Assembly: GCF_030144855.1 (NCBI RefSeq)
Contig: NC_082709.1
Location: forward strand, 159,216,001-159,280,000
Direction: 5' to 3'
Source: Hypanus sabinus
Lineage: Eukaryota
DNA: 64,000 nt
Shown here: positions 27,161-39,510 of the stretch, one piece after another
Layout: every line of letters begins with the position of its first letter
Numbering within the stretch: position 1 is the first letter of the stretch
Position numbers and translations under genes: made by a program
The notes under the pieces: model-generated
Told to the model about the DNA's origin: nothing
Seen by the model: only the letters and a program-made list of their open reading frames with translations
Database searches by the model: none

Positions 27161-28619
27161 AATTCTTGTTTAATATTTTAATGTGCAGTTTGTATAATGA
27201 GTTGCAAGCAAGAATGCTAATTATGGAATTTGTAGGGAACAACATGAACAACTGATATTGATTGAATGGTATCAAGCAGCTTCTTACTGTACTATGAAAG
27301 GAGAACACTGAGCAATGCAGTCCCTTCCTACTGTTCCTTGTTTCCTTAAGGCCTTCTCTCACATGTGGATCAACTCCCTTTTTGCCACGCCACACTTTAC
27401 ACTATGGGGCACAATATGCTTTTGGGATGTGGCAGAATCCAATTCTTTTGGAGGAGAATATGCAAACTGGTGTGCCACCTCTATCCCCTCCCTTCTTTCC
27501 AGACACCTGTTATTAAGATTTAACTCCTTTGACCAAATCAAACTGGCAGTTAAATACAAACAATCTGCTTGAGGAATTCAGCAGATTGACCAGCATCTGA
27601 GATGAAGGGTGGGGTAGGAATTGTCAATCCCAAGTCAAAACTCTGCACTAGATCTGAATAGAAGCCAGAAGGAAAGGAGGAAAACTTGAAATTTGGTATA
27701 TCTTGAAGAAACTGCGATGGAGTAAAGAAGCATTTGTTGGAATCTGGATTAACAATATATTGGAGGAACTCATTGTAGTTGAGCAGTATGGGGTGGCAAT
27801 GAATTGTTGACGTTTTGGGTTCTAACTGCATCATGGTTCCGACCCAAATTGTCGTCAAATTTTTCCTCCTGCACCCCGCTCTCCTCCCCCCCCCCCCCCC
27901 CCCCCCCCCCCGTGCTTCTTAAGCTGAAAAGCTGTTCCAGTAGATTGTTCAAATTAGCAATTAGCCATATTAGATTCTATTCGGTCAGATTCAAAACTGA
28001 ATTATACCAAGGTGAACAAATCTGTGAAAGATGATGAGCATATTAATACTCTAACAGTATTAACATGAAATCCATATACAAATGCTGGAATGTTATTCTC
28101 CCCACTGATCCTACTTTGCTTTTCAGTGAAGTTATGCCGCTATGAAACTTCACCGTGATTCTTTCACAGTACTAATATCACTTTAAATGCAGAAGCTGAA
28201 GTACAGAATTCGAAGTATTTGTAATACAATGGCCCTGGTACTACTGGTCCTAAGTAATGCTGTTTTTTCCAGAATGACTGCCATTCCCAAAACTTGAATA
28301 TGTTGGAGTGTTGCATAGTTAAGAGATTTCTGATGGTAGTCAGTTAAGCAGTCTTATCTCTGACTAATTATCCCCATATTACCTTTTATCTACAAATCTG
28401 GTCTTCCACTCTGGTTGAGGTCTCTGAACTTGTATTTTATGTAAGTTTCATCTAATTTCTCAGTTTATTTTATGACAAGCTACCACCAACATGTTGCCTG
28501 CTGGGCCAGAGAAGCTAACACACTCTACCTCTTACACCACCAAGAATGCTTTACTGTGCCATCCCACACCCACATTTTGGCAAATCCCATCACTTGACTG
28601 TAATTCTACTCCCAACATA

Positions 28620-31560
28620 AAGGCCGAGACTGGAACCAGAGTAATAGGGCTAAGGATGGGGTAACAGTTGGTATACAAGCAGATGTGGTCTGTAGTGATG
28701 GATGGACCGGCTGATGGGGAAAAAATTGCAGTTAGTGGGGTGAGTCGCAGTGTAACATGACAGAATTGAAAAGGGTGACAAATGGAGGAATGAAGGTGCT
28801 ATATTTGAATGCATGCAGTTAGAGATTATCTTGCAGCGCAGTTAGAGATTGGCAGGTATGGTGTGGGCATCGTCAAATCAAGAAGCTTGTAGTTGGGAAC
28901 TTAACATCCAAGATACACATTGTATCGAAAGGACAGGCAGGTAAGCAGAGGGGGTGATGTGCCTCTGTTGGTAAAGAATTAAATCATTAGAGCTGACATT
29001 ATCGGAAGATGTAGAGTCCTTGTCGGTAGAGTTAAAAAACTGCAAGGCTAAGAAGACCCTGATGGGAATCTACAGGCCTCCAAACAGTAGCAAAGATATG
29101 GGATACAAAAGGGTAATGATACAACAGTCATGGCGGGGTGGGGGGGGGGGGGATTACAATATGAAGGTAGATTGGGAAAATCAGGTTGGTGCTAGATCCC
29201 AAGACAGTTTGTTGAATGCCAATGAGATGACTTTTTAGAGGAGCTTGTGGTTGCCCCTGCTCAGGGAAAGGCTATTCTGGATTCAATGTTGAGAATTGAA
29301 CAGGATTTGATTGGGAGCTTAATTTAAATGTACCCTTAGGAGGCAGTGATCATAATATGATAAAATTCACCCTGCAATTTCAGAGAGAGAAGCTAAAGTC
29401 AGACAAATCAGTATTACAGTGGAATAAAGGGAATTACCGGGTCATGAAAGAGGAGCTGGCTAAAGTTGATTGAACAATGGTTATGGCAGAACATCAATGA
29501 CTGGAGTTTCTTAGAGCAATTCAGAAAGAGCAGGATAAATACGTCCCAAAGATGAAGAATTATTCTAAAGGCATGATGGGGCAAACATGGCTGACAAGGG
29601 ATGTCAAAGACAACATAAAAGTAAAGGACAGGCATGTAACAGCAAAAGGCAGTGGGAAGTTAGAAGATTGAGAAACCTTAAAAACCGACAGGGGCAACTG
29701 AAAAGGCAAAAGGAGGGGAAAAATGACATATGATGGTAAACGGGCCAATAATATCAAAGAGTATACCAGAAGTTTTTTCAGATATATAAAAAGAGAGGTG
29801 AGAGTAGATATTGGTCCAGTGGAAAATGATGCTGGAGAATAGCAATGGTGGGGTAATAGTAGTAAAGAAATGGTGGACAAACTGAGTAAGTAATTAGCAT
29901 CAGTCTTTACCTTGGAAGACACAAGCAGTACGCTGGAAGCTCAAGGGTTTTGGGGCAAAGTGAGTGCAGTTACTAGAGAGAAGGTGCTAGGGAAGCAGAA
30001 AGATCTGATGTAAATCAGATAGACTCACCCTAGGGTTCTGAAAGAGGTAACTGAAGAGTTTGTGGAGGCATTTTTCAAGATTCACTAGATTCTGGCATGG
30101 ACCTGGAGGACTGGAAAACTGCAAATGTCACTCTACTCATTAAGGAAGGAATGCAAAAGAAAGGAAATTATAGACCAGTGAGCCTCACCTCAGTGGTTGG
30201 GAAAATGTTGGAGTCAATTGTTAAGGATGCGGTTTCGGGTTACTTGGAGGCATATGATAAAACAGGCCAAAGTCAGTAAAGTTTCTTTAAGGAAATAACT
30301 TGAATGACAAATCAGTTGGAATCCTTTGAGGAAATGACAAGCAGTATAGACAAAGGGGAATTGGTGGATGTTGCATTCTTGGATTTTCAGAAGGCCCTTG
30401 AGAAGGTATACCATTTGATGCTGCTTAACAAGATAAGAACCCACAGTGTTACTTGAAAAATATCAGAATGGATAGGAGATTAGCTGATTGGCGGGAGGTA
30501 AAGAGTGGGAATAAAGGGATTTTTTTTTCTCTGGTTGGCTGCCAGTGACTAGGGGTGTTGCAGGGGTTGTGTTGTGATTGCTGTTTATGTTATGTGTCAA
30601 TAATTTGGATGATGGGATTGATGGCTTTGTAACCAAGTTAGCGGACAATACCAAGATAGGTGTAGGGGCAAGTAGTGTTGAGGAAGCAGAGAGGCTGCAG
30701 AAAGACTTAGACAGATTAGGAGAATGGCCAAAGAAGTGGCAGATGGAATACAATGTTGGGACGTGTATGGTCATACACTTTTTGGTAGAAGGAATAAAAG
30801 TGTAGATTGTTTTTGTGATGAGGAGAACATTCAAAAATCTGAGGTGCAAAGAGACTTGAGAGTTCTTGTGCAGGTGTCCCCAAGTTAATTTGCAGGTTGA
30901 GTCATTGTTGAGGAAGGGAAATGCAATGTTAGCATACATTTCTAGAAGACAAAAATATAAAAGCAAGATGTAATGCTGAGCCTTTATAAGGCACTGATGA
31001 GGCCACACTTGGAGTAATATGAGCAGTTTTTGACCCCTTATTCTCAGAAAGGATGTGTGGACATTGGGGGAGGGTTTAGAGGAGGTTCACAGGAATGATT
31101 CCGGGTAAGAAAGGCTTATCAGATGAGGAGCATTTGACGGCTCTGGGCCTGTACTCCTGGGAATTTAGACCAATGAGGTGGTATCTCGTTGAACCCTATC
31201 AAATGTTGAAAGGCCTGAAGAGAGTGGTTGTGGGGAAGATGTTTCCTACAGTAGGGAGTCTTGGACCAGAGGACACAGCCACTGAATAGAGGTGCATCCA
31301 TTTAGAATGGAGATGAGGTGGAATTTCTTTAGCAGAGGGTGGTGAATCTGTGGAATTCATTGCCACAGGTGGCTATGGAGGTCATCATTGGGTGTATTTA
31401 AGGTGGCTGATAGGTTCCTGATTAGTCAGGGTGTGGAACATTACAGGAAGAAGGCAGGAGAATGGGATTGGGAGAAAAATTGGATCAGCCGTAATGAAAT
31501 GGCAGAACAGACTCAATGGGCCAAATGGCCTAAATCTGCTCTTATATCTTATGGTTATAT
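28620..31560 (+). mobile_element. CR1-type LINE, long degraded ORF2 (APE endonuclease to 3' UTR)
   Basis: IYRPPNS (endonuclease), DWKTANVT...[26 protein letters not shown]; many stops and frameshifts. Confidence 0.92.
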
Positions 31561-31619
31561 AGTATGGTCAAGGGAGGCAGGATGGTGGTGGTGGGCGGGG
31601 CAGGGGTTACAGTTATAGA

Positions 31620-32510
31620 ACTGTTCTAAATCAGTGGACTGGACCATATTCAGAGATTCATCTTCAAATCTGAATGAATATTCCACGGGTGTCACCGACT
31701 TCACCAAGATCTGCATGAATGAGTGTGTGCCTTCAAGAACATAATGAATCTTCCTAAAGTGAATGAACTGTTAGTTCCAGTCTGCTGAGGGCTGAATCTT
31801 TTGTGTTCAAGACTAGCAATCCAGACTCCTTGATAAGTCCAGATAAGGCCTAAGGAAAATTGTTGTGAGGGCAAAATGACAGTGTGCCTGATGGGGTATT
31901 GAAAATCTGTTCCAACCAATCAGCCGGAGTGTTCACAGACATCTTCAACCTCTCACTGTTGCAGTCAGAGTTTCTCACCTGCCTCAGAAGAACTGGCTGA
32001 GTTTCCTGAGCAGGGACTTGGAGCTTCTACAATTTCCCTACCAGACTGGGGTCTTTCCATCAAGTAGTCCAAGATCCAGTTACAGAGAGGAGGGCTGAGT
32101 TCCAAGCAAGGACTTGGACTCACTGCAAGTTGCCTATCACTACAATAGCTCTACAGCAGATGCAATCTTACATAGCTCTCCACTAGGAACACCTAAACAA
32201 TAAAATATATGTCAGACCACTGTTTATCAATTCCAACTCAGTGTGCAACACCATCATCTCCTCACTACTAATCAACAGACTTCAAAACCTGGGCCACTGT
32301 CCCTCCCTCGCAACTGGATTCTTCCTTATCAAGAGAACGAAATAAATGCAAATAAGTAATAACATCTGAACAACCGTCATTAACTTCAGCGTTGATGAGT
32401 GCATGCCTTTGGGAACATATTGAGTCTTACCAAACTGCAAGTCCTGGATGACCCGTGAGATTCGCAGTCTGCTGGGGTGATCAAGACCAGCAATCCACAA
32501 CCCTATAGTG
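31620..32510. mobile_element. Scrambled Rex1-like LINE fragments
   Basis: Similar to 130-3330 (CTGCAACTGGATCTTGGACT-type RT segment present in both orientations). Confidence 0.5.
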
Positions 32511-32549
32511 AAGCTGTCTAGGTTTCGACCAATGAAAGGTCACCGTGAG

Positions 32550-32759
32550 AATGCAATGAGTAAAGATATGTTTGGAGAAAAAAGGGTGCAGAATTTCATG
32601 AAATGAACACCTCTTCAACTGACGAAGGGTCTCGGCCCGAAACGTCGACAGTGCTTCTCCCTATAGATGCTGCCTGGCCTGCTGTGTTCCACCAGCATTT
32701 TGTGTGTGTTGGTTGAATTTCCAGCATCTGCAGATTTCCTCGTGTTACCCTGTTAAGCA

Positions 32760-32799
<40 letters not shown>

Positions 32800-33441
32800 G
32801 GGTGGTGGATCGATCATGCTTTGGGCTTGTGTTGCAGCCAGTGGCACAGGGAACATTTCACTGGTAGAGGGAAGAATGAATTCACTTAAATACCAGCAAA
32901 TTCTGGAAGCAAACATCACACCGTCTGTAAAAAAGCTGAAAATGAAAAGAGGATGGCTTCTACAACAGGATAATGATCCTAAACAGACCTCAAAATCCAC
33001 AATGGACTACCTCAAGAGGCGCAAGCTGAAGCTTTTGCCGTGGCCCTTACAGTCCCCCGACCTAAACATCATCGAAAATCTGTGGATAGACCTCAAAAGA
33101 GCAGTGCATGCCCAAGAATCTCAGAGAACTAGAAGCCTTTTGCAAACAAGAACTGAAAGACTTTTCGCTGGCTGCAAAAAGTGTTTACAAGCTGTGATAC
33201 TTGTCATAGGGGTTGATACTAAATAGTGACCATGCAGGGTGCCCAAACTTTTGCTTCTGGCCCTTTTAATTTTTTGTTATTTTGAAACTGTAAAAGATGG
33301 AAATAAAAAAGTAATCTTGCTTAAAATATTAAAGAAATGTGTCATCTTTAACTTTATGCCTTTTGGACATCTTTTACTTGCCTAGCTGTTCACAGTAACA
33401 GAAATTTTGACCAGGGGTGCCCAAACTTTCGCATGCCACTG
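32550..33441 (+). mobile_element. Tc1-family (DD34E, IR/DR-type) transposon, right-hand part, disrupted
   Basis: VKHGGG-SIMLWAC...QQDNDPK...QSPDLNIIENLW with 34 residues between D and E. Inner and outer DRs GGGTGCCCAAACTTT at about 33237 and 33415. Ends CACTG|TA. Confidence 0.92.
32619..32747 (+). mobile_element. About 129-bp hammerhead-bearing PLE pseudo-LTR unit inserted in the Tc1 transposase
   Basis: Begins CTGACGA-A-GGG-TCTCGG-CCC-GAAAC-GTC-GAC. Interrupts the Tc1 motif NTS(P)T|VKHGGG. Five differences from the copy at 35732-35860. Confidence 0.88.
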
Positions 33442-33443
33442 TA

Positions 33444-33757
33444 TAACCAGGCAATAAATGCATAAAAAGCGTGCAGGCATAGTCCAAATTCTGTTATTGT
33501 TCAGACCAAACATCGCAATGGGGAAGAAATGTGATCTAAGAGACGTTGACCAGGGAATTATTGTTGGTCCCAGATGGGGTGCTGTGAGTATTTGAGAAAC
33601 TTCTGATCTTCTGGGATTTTCATGCACAACAGTCTCAAGTTTACAGATAATGGTGCGAGAAACCAAAAAAAAAATCCAGCAAGTGGCGATTCAATGGTCG
33701 AAAAAGCCTTTTTAATGAGAGGTCAGAGGAGAATGGCCAGACTGGTTCAAGCTGACA
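33444..33757 (+). mobile_element. Second Tc1/mariner-like remnant (N-terminal HTH region)
   Basis: From ATG 33518: MGKKCDLRDVDQGIIVGPRWGAVSI*ETSDLLGFSCTTVS. Confidence 0.75.
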
Positions 33758-34235
33758 GTTGATGTTTAAGTTTATTATCATCTGACTGTAGGTGTATACA
33801 ACCAAATTAAACAAAGTTCCTCCGGACCACGGTGCACCCACAAAACATATATTACACACATCACATAAAACAAAATATTACCGTGTTAATAATATACAAT
33901 TCAAAACGTAGTGCGTAGCCCACTGTCTTAGTGATGCCAGGGTACTCATTAGTCTCACAGCCTGTGGAAAGAAGCTGTTACCCAATGTGGTAGTTCTAGT
34001 TCTAAAGCTTCTGTACCTCCCTCCTGATGGTAGTGGGTCAAAGAGATCGTGGGATGGGTGGTAGGATTGAGGCCACCGAGTGCAGGTTTGGGTAAAGTCC
34101 AGCCAGTTGACAAAGTTTTACCTCAGCTGTTCAACAGATTTGGCTTGTCATTTATACACAGCCCTGCATCTTGACTGTAACCAGTCATCAAGGAGCAAGA
34201 CTATTTCTAGTTATTGCTACAGGTGAATCCACCAG

Positions 34236-34513
34236 AGTGGGGATTTTTAAACCTGGAGTCCACAGTCCCCTTGGAGATCTGTGAAATTGGATGGGAAAAA
34301 AATTATATCTTTCATTTTCACTAACCTCTAAATGAAACTTAGTATTTCCTTCAATTATGAATGTAGGTTACAAACCAATGTTAGTAGTACCTGTGATTTT
34401 ATCACCAATAGAAATCAGATATTTTTGTATCACATTACAAATATCTCAAGATATCATTTATGACACACTCATCACTACTTCAAAATGACAGTAGTTATTA
34501 GACCCACCACTAG
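34236..34513 (+). mobile_element. hAT-Charlie remnant resembling Charlie4-type elements
   Basis: Left end TTAAACCTGGAGTCCACAGTCCCC resembles the end of the MITE at 966-1045. The internal sequence matches my recollection of the mammalian Charlie4a consensus (unverified). Confidence 0.55.
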
Positions 34514-35529
34514 CTTGAACATGATCACAATCTTCCTGTCCACAGACACTTGTGCAATGTAGCTGGCCAACTATGGGGCAGTCCTGCGCCTAGTGTCATT
34601 CAGTCACCAAACGGTGAAGTTGTGTGTTCTCACATTTGTGATCCAGACACCTACATTGCTCTCCATTACTCCTTATCTACATTTGCTTGTTGATCAATGC
34701 AAGCAAGGACGTGAGTCATTTTTTATTGTTTGTTAAAGTTGTGCTAAACTGGAAAGTCCAAATGAGAATTCTTAACTCTGGGTAGTGCCACACAGCCTTT
34801 TGTAATATGACCTTACCTCTGTAAACAACAGAATGAGACATGCTGAGCCAGTACCAGGCATTCCTAAAAACGCATCAACCATCAGAGCTGTAAAATCAGA
34901 TCACGTGCTTACCGTGCAGAAAAAGTGCAAGCAATGGACAGAACCAAGCGGTCTGCACCTAATAGATCATATCAGGTGCAGCAGTACTGCCAGATGTGAA
35001 TGATTATAGAGAATAAATGGCTAACAGAGGGCAGGTTCATCAACATCTCCACCCTCAGTGATGGCAGGTCTGATTGTAATGTGGAGTGAGGGATATGTCA
35101 GGCCACGAGGATACAGCTAGTAGAAGTGTACATTTCTACAGCTGTTGATGGTCCTCAGTGCCTTTAAATGCCCAATTTTGAGATCCAAATTGTTTCTATC
35201 ACACTTGACGCGATGGTGGTCCCAAACATTAGCAGGCATAGAGTTGCACAAGGCTGCAGATGCTGGAATCTGAAGACTGAAAATAATATAATCTGCTGCA
35301 GGAACTCTAGAGGTTGACAGCCCATTTTCCTGTACAGGTTGAGCTCTTGCAGAAATCTGTATTTTTTTAAAATACATATTAGAAACCATTTTCACATGAA
35401 GAAGGGGTTGTGTGATTGTCACTCTTTCCAATTCTGTCATTGACAGATGCATCTGCAACAGGTAGATTGGTGAGGACAGGGTCATCCCTTGTACTGGATC
35501 ACTCACTACCTGGCAGGTATCTCACCTGA

Positions 35530-36095
35530 GAACACACAAAATGCCGGAGGAACTCAGCATGCCAGGTAGCATCTATGGTAAAGAGTACAGTCAATGTTTT
35601 GGGCCAAGACCCTTCAAGACGGGAGAAAAAATGATGGGGTTGGGGGAAGAGAAGGAAGAAACACAAAGTGATAGGTGAAACTGGAAGGGAGGAGTAAAGT
35701 AAGGAGTTGGGAAGTTGATTGGTGAAAGAGATAACACGAGGAAATCTGCAGATGCTGGAAATTCAAACAACACACACAAAATGCTGGTGGAACACAGCAG
35801 GCCAGGCAGCATCTATAAGGAGAAGCATTGTCGACGTTTCAGGCCAAGACCCTTCGTCAGGTGAAAGAGATACAGGGCTGGAGAAGGGGAAATCTGATAG
35901 AATAGGACAGAAGGCCATCGAAGAAAGAAAAGGGGGAGGAACACCAGATGGAGAAGATGTCCATGCCATCAGGTTAGAGGCTACCCAGACAGAATATACA
36001 GAGTTGCTCCTCCAACCTGAGTATGGCCTCATTATTAGTAGAGGAGGAGTTGGAGGGACATATTGGAATAGGAATGGGAAGTGGAATTAAAATGG
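35530..36095 (-). mobile_element. PLE 3' remnant hosting a nested pseudo-LTR insertion
   Basis: Colinear with 49420-50000 and the reverse complement of 53400-54135. Confidence 0.8.
35734..35859 (-). mobile_element. About 126-bp hammerhead-bearing pseudo-LTR unit with 13-bp TSD
   Basis: TSD GGTGAAAGAGATA at 35721-35733 and 35860-35872. The empty site is visible in sibling PLEs near 49672 and 53905. Confidence 0.9.
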
Positions 36096-37089
36096 GTTGC
36101 ATTTTAATTTAAAATCTGACAGCTTTTCTTTTTGATATTGAGCTAGTTCAATTTTAGTGATATACATTTTAATCTCATTACATGTTTACTTAATTACACA
36201 TGCTTCCATTCACCAAAACACTGGCAGAAGTGACCACAGTGTGGTCTCCTTAATGTTGCACCATCTTCTCTTGGATAACATTTTTTATATCTAATACTAC
36301 AGCAAAATGTCTACAAGAAATAAGTTTTGGATTTCCTATGCGTGTATACCTATGTTTTACAACATCAGATATATATTGCAAAAATTGGAAATTCTCTTTT
36401 TTTTTGTATGGCTGAGCATATGTTGTGTATTTTATTTGTGCTTTCCAGATGTTAATCATTTGCATTGAACAACAATCAAAGGAAAGAACCCTTATTTTAG
36501 TGTCATCAATTAGAAAGGAATTAAGGATAAATATTATACCCCTTGCTCTTTCCTTAACCAAATTAACTATTTGGAGAATACAGAACAATTATGCTCAGGG
36601 GGATAACATTTTTAATGTGTTCTTTTATCACCAATAAATTTTATGCAACATTTCTTTCCTCCTATGAAACATTTGGCATTTTTCTGATTGTTCCTTGACC
36701 AAGCAGGTCTTCAGGTAACAACTATTACTGGGGTCCCAGCTGGACTAATGGGGCATCTTAACCAGCTTAATCCTATCCTCATTAACAGTAAGAACTACAT
36801 GGCAGCATGTCCTGCAAAAATCCTTAAATCAATCAGCTAACTCAAATACAAAACTGGAATTTTCCAGTTATTTATTAATCAAGGAGATAGGCACAAATTG
36901 TTATTGTTATAGTTTACCTGCCAATTGTTTATAATAAGTGCACGGAACAGGGGAAGATGTGCTTTAAGATTATATTTTTATCATTTTCAAAATTTACATT
37001 ATTTGACAGGAATCCATCATGAAAATCGAAGAGAATCAATAAAAGTAATTCTTGTAGTAGAATCAGTATTTAAAATATTTTCGGGATTT

Positions 37090-38382
37090 TTAATCTACAT
37101 CCATCCACCATTGTTTTCTTATACGAAGATTTGCATCTGAAGTTGACTTTTGCCATTTAGCTTTCTTTTCTGGTTCATTATTATTTGACATATGTTGTTT
37201 CCTGATTCTACTACTGTATCTTTGTTGTGATGGGACTGACAAAAAACCTTCATGTTTCCTTTGTGGAACAAATTTGAGGGCCTTGTGCCAGTTGCCAGTT
37301 TCTTTCACAGTCAACAAAATGTTGATCATTTGATTCAACGTAAGATTTTTTGCACCGCTGTTCCAGTTCAAATACTCATCCAAAGGAAGACGTGCAGTTG
37401 CCAACTTCAAACGTTTTGCATTTGCAAGAGATAATCCTGTTTGGATTGACTTATCAACAATTGATCCAATGATGTAGACTTTATCATGCTGAAATGTGTT
37501 CAGTACAAAAGGAGAATCTGCAGTTAAATACACAAGCTTGTCTTTGGGAAAAATGTCAATATATGACTCATGGGTTGCCGTAATTAAGAGATTATGCCAA
37601 GCATCTCCATAGCGTTTCAAAAGCTCTCTATGATAGCCGCCATCTAAGCTAAGGTTACAGAAATGCAAGTGAAATGGGTCCAAGGATCTCCTGTTGCATC
37701 CTTCACCTTGCATCAGCTGAGAGACAGTATTTTCCATTTCTCTACGGTTCATGTAGTGTTCATAACTCATATCGAACACCAGTGGCTGGCCAAATATCAT
37801 AGATTGGGCTGCCTTCCAATTGTACATTAGATCAAAAGACCGTTGCCATAATTGTAAAAGAAAAGTATTCTTTAATGCAGCTCCTTCCTCACCTTTGACT
37901 TCTTTCTGTAACAGCCTTGTTTCTTGCTTTAATTTTTGTTTCTCTTTTGTGGCTTTCTTTTTCCCTTCCTTGATTGCTAAATACTTAAGATACTTTTTCT
38001 TTGCAGATTTAGTAGACAGTTCTTGAAATGTTTTTAACTGTTCATCCGTTATGTTTTCTGGAACAGCCTTCCCAGCTAATTGCCACATTTGAATTAGTTC
38101 TCTTGTGGCAGCAAGGGATGAGTCCCCAAGGTCTTCAGAGGGTAATTGTTTGGAAGCTTCAGTTGTAGTGTCTCTCAGAACAGTCTTCCAAATATCTAAA
38201 TCTATTTTGTCAGGCCTGACATTATTTTCTTCAGTCCTTGGACATGGCGAAAGAATCAGGCTCCTGGTGTGGAGCATAAATTGTTGCCTGGCCAAACATG
38301 CTTTAGTTTTCACCCATGTATTTACTTGTACACTGCAACGTCTACCAAGGGTTTGGAAGAGATGGGTAACCTGCAGCCACAT
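37090..38382 (-). CDS. TRMT10C: tRNA methyltransferase 10 homolog C (mitochondrial RNase P protein 1), 430 aa, single coding exon
   Basis: Motifs ATRELIQMWQLAGKAVPENIT, AAQSMIFGQPLVFDMSYE, VYLTADSP, YIIGSIVDK, ATARLPLDEYLNW, KNLTLNQM (Trm10 SPOUT domain). Basic presequence-like N-terminus. Candidate acceptors put the exon start at 38393 or 38463. Poly(A) signal at 36871-36876. Confidence 0.97.
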   Translation of the reverse strand: MWLQVTHLFQTLGRRCSVQVNTWVKTKACLARQQFMLHTRSLILSPCPRTEENNVRPDKIDLDIWKTVLRDTTTEASKQLPSEDLGDSSLAATRELIQMWQLAGKAVPENITDEQLKTFQELSTKSAKKKYLKYLAIKEGKKKATKEKQKLKQETRLLQKEVKGEEGAALKNTFLLQLWQRSFDLMYNWKAAQSMIFGQPLVFDMSYEHYMNRREMENTVSQLMQGEGCNRRSLDPFHLHFCNLSLDGGYHRELLKRYGDAWHNLLITATHESYIDIFPKDKLVYLTADSPFVLNTFQHDKVYIIGSIVDKSIQTGLSLANAKRLKLATARLPLDEYLNWNSGAKNLTLNQMINILLTVKETGNWHKALKFVPQRKHEGFLSVPSQQRYSSRIRKQHMSNNNEPEKKAKWQKSTSDANLRIRKQWWMDVD

Positions 38383-39279
38383 AGTACAGTATACTGAAAG
38401 AACAAATTCCTCTAATCCAAATAATCAATAATGTCCAAAGAAATCCAAGCACAATATTTAATCCTGTAATTAAGACAAAAGAATTAAGAGAATTACAGAA
38501 GATATTTCCAAATTAAGTCACACCAAATTCTTGCTACATCTTTTGTTTGAAATACAGTGCTCTCCACTTCTTTAAAATCATACATTTATAGAAGTATGGA
38601 GATTGTTACATTAAATTCTATTGAATGTGACCTCCCTTACAAATGGTGATTTTTGAATTGTGACATGGCAGAACACCTTTGTTTAAAAGGTAGCAGAGCC
38701 TCATTACAGCTACCTTTATGCTTATAGCCAATATGTTTGTTCTGAAAAATTAAGACATTGGGAGATTACTTGGAGCATGCTTGGTGGGTGGGGGGGGGGG
38801 GGTACTGATGCCTTTTTTTGCTGAAGTTGGTGGGGGGTGTGGATGATCATTGCTTTGCTGCTGCTTGTGCGTGGGAAGGGGGAGTGGGGGGCTTTGGGGT
38901 GCTAACATTTTTACTGATTAAAAAAATTTTAGATCACTGCATGGGAAGTCGTCATGCATGTCCTTCACAAAATCATGAGCAGCGTTGATCTCCACAAACA
39001 TGTTATTGACTCTGATTCCATCTCCACCAATCTCACACACTGGATGTTCCAATATGAGAAATTGGCCATAGTATCCCTCACACCTGCTCCATTTTTCAGC
39101 ACTGGTGATGCCATGCTTTGCCTGTCTGTGGAAGTGGAAGCTTTATAGAGGGTGCGGAGGAGATTTACCATGATGCTGTCTGGATCACAGAACACGTCTC
39201 TTGAGGAAAGGCTGAGCAAGCAAGGGCTTTTCTCTTTGGAACAAAGGAGAATGAGAAGAGACGATAAGAGATGTAAACG

Positions 39280-39510
39280 CTACTGTGGTGTAGCGGTTAG
39301 CATAATAATATTACTGCGCCAGCAACCTGGGTTCAGTTCTGCCACTGTCTGAAAGGTGCTTGTACATTCTCTGTATCACTGTGAGGGTTTCTGCCAGATG
39401 CTCTGGTTTCTTCCCACATCCCAAAGGCATATGGGTAGTAGGTGTAATTGGGCAGTGTGGGCTCGTTGGGCTGGGAGGGCCTGTTATTGTGCTGTATCTC
39501 TAACTAAATA
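39280..39510 (+). mobile_element. tRNA-derived V-SINE (HE1-like) within a CR1 fragment
   Basis: A-box-like TAGCGGTTAG, B-box-like GGTTCAGTTC, V-domain GGGTTTCTGCCAGATGCTCTGGTTTCTTCCCAC, LINE-derived tail. Confidence 0.75.

Noticed and set aside
25193-27911. Long G or C homopolymers (25193-25209, about 27886-27911) as G-quadruplex or poly-Pro/Gly coding signals
   Set aside because: Simple mononucleotide runs whose length is unreliable and which have no coding context.
39280-39360. tRNA gene
   Set aside because: A/B-box-like motifs lead into a V-domain and LINE tail, so this is a SINE head; no cloverleaf.
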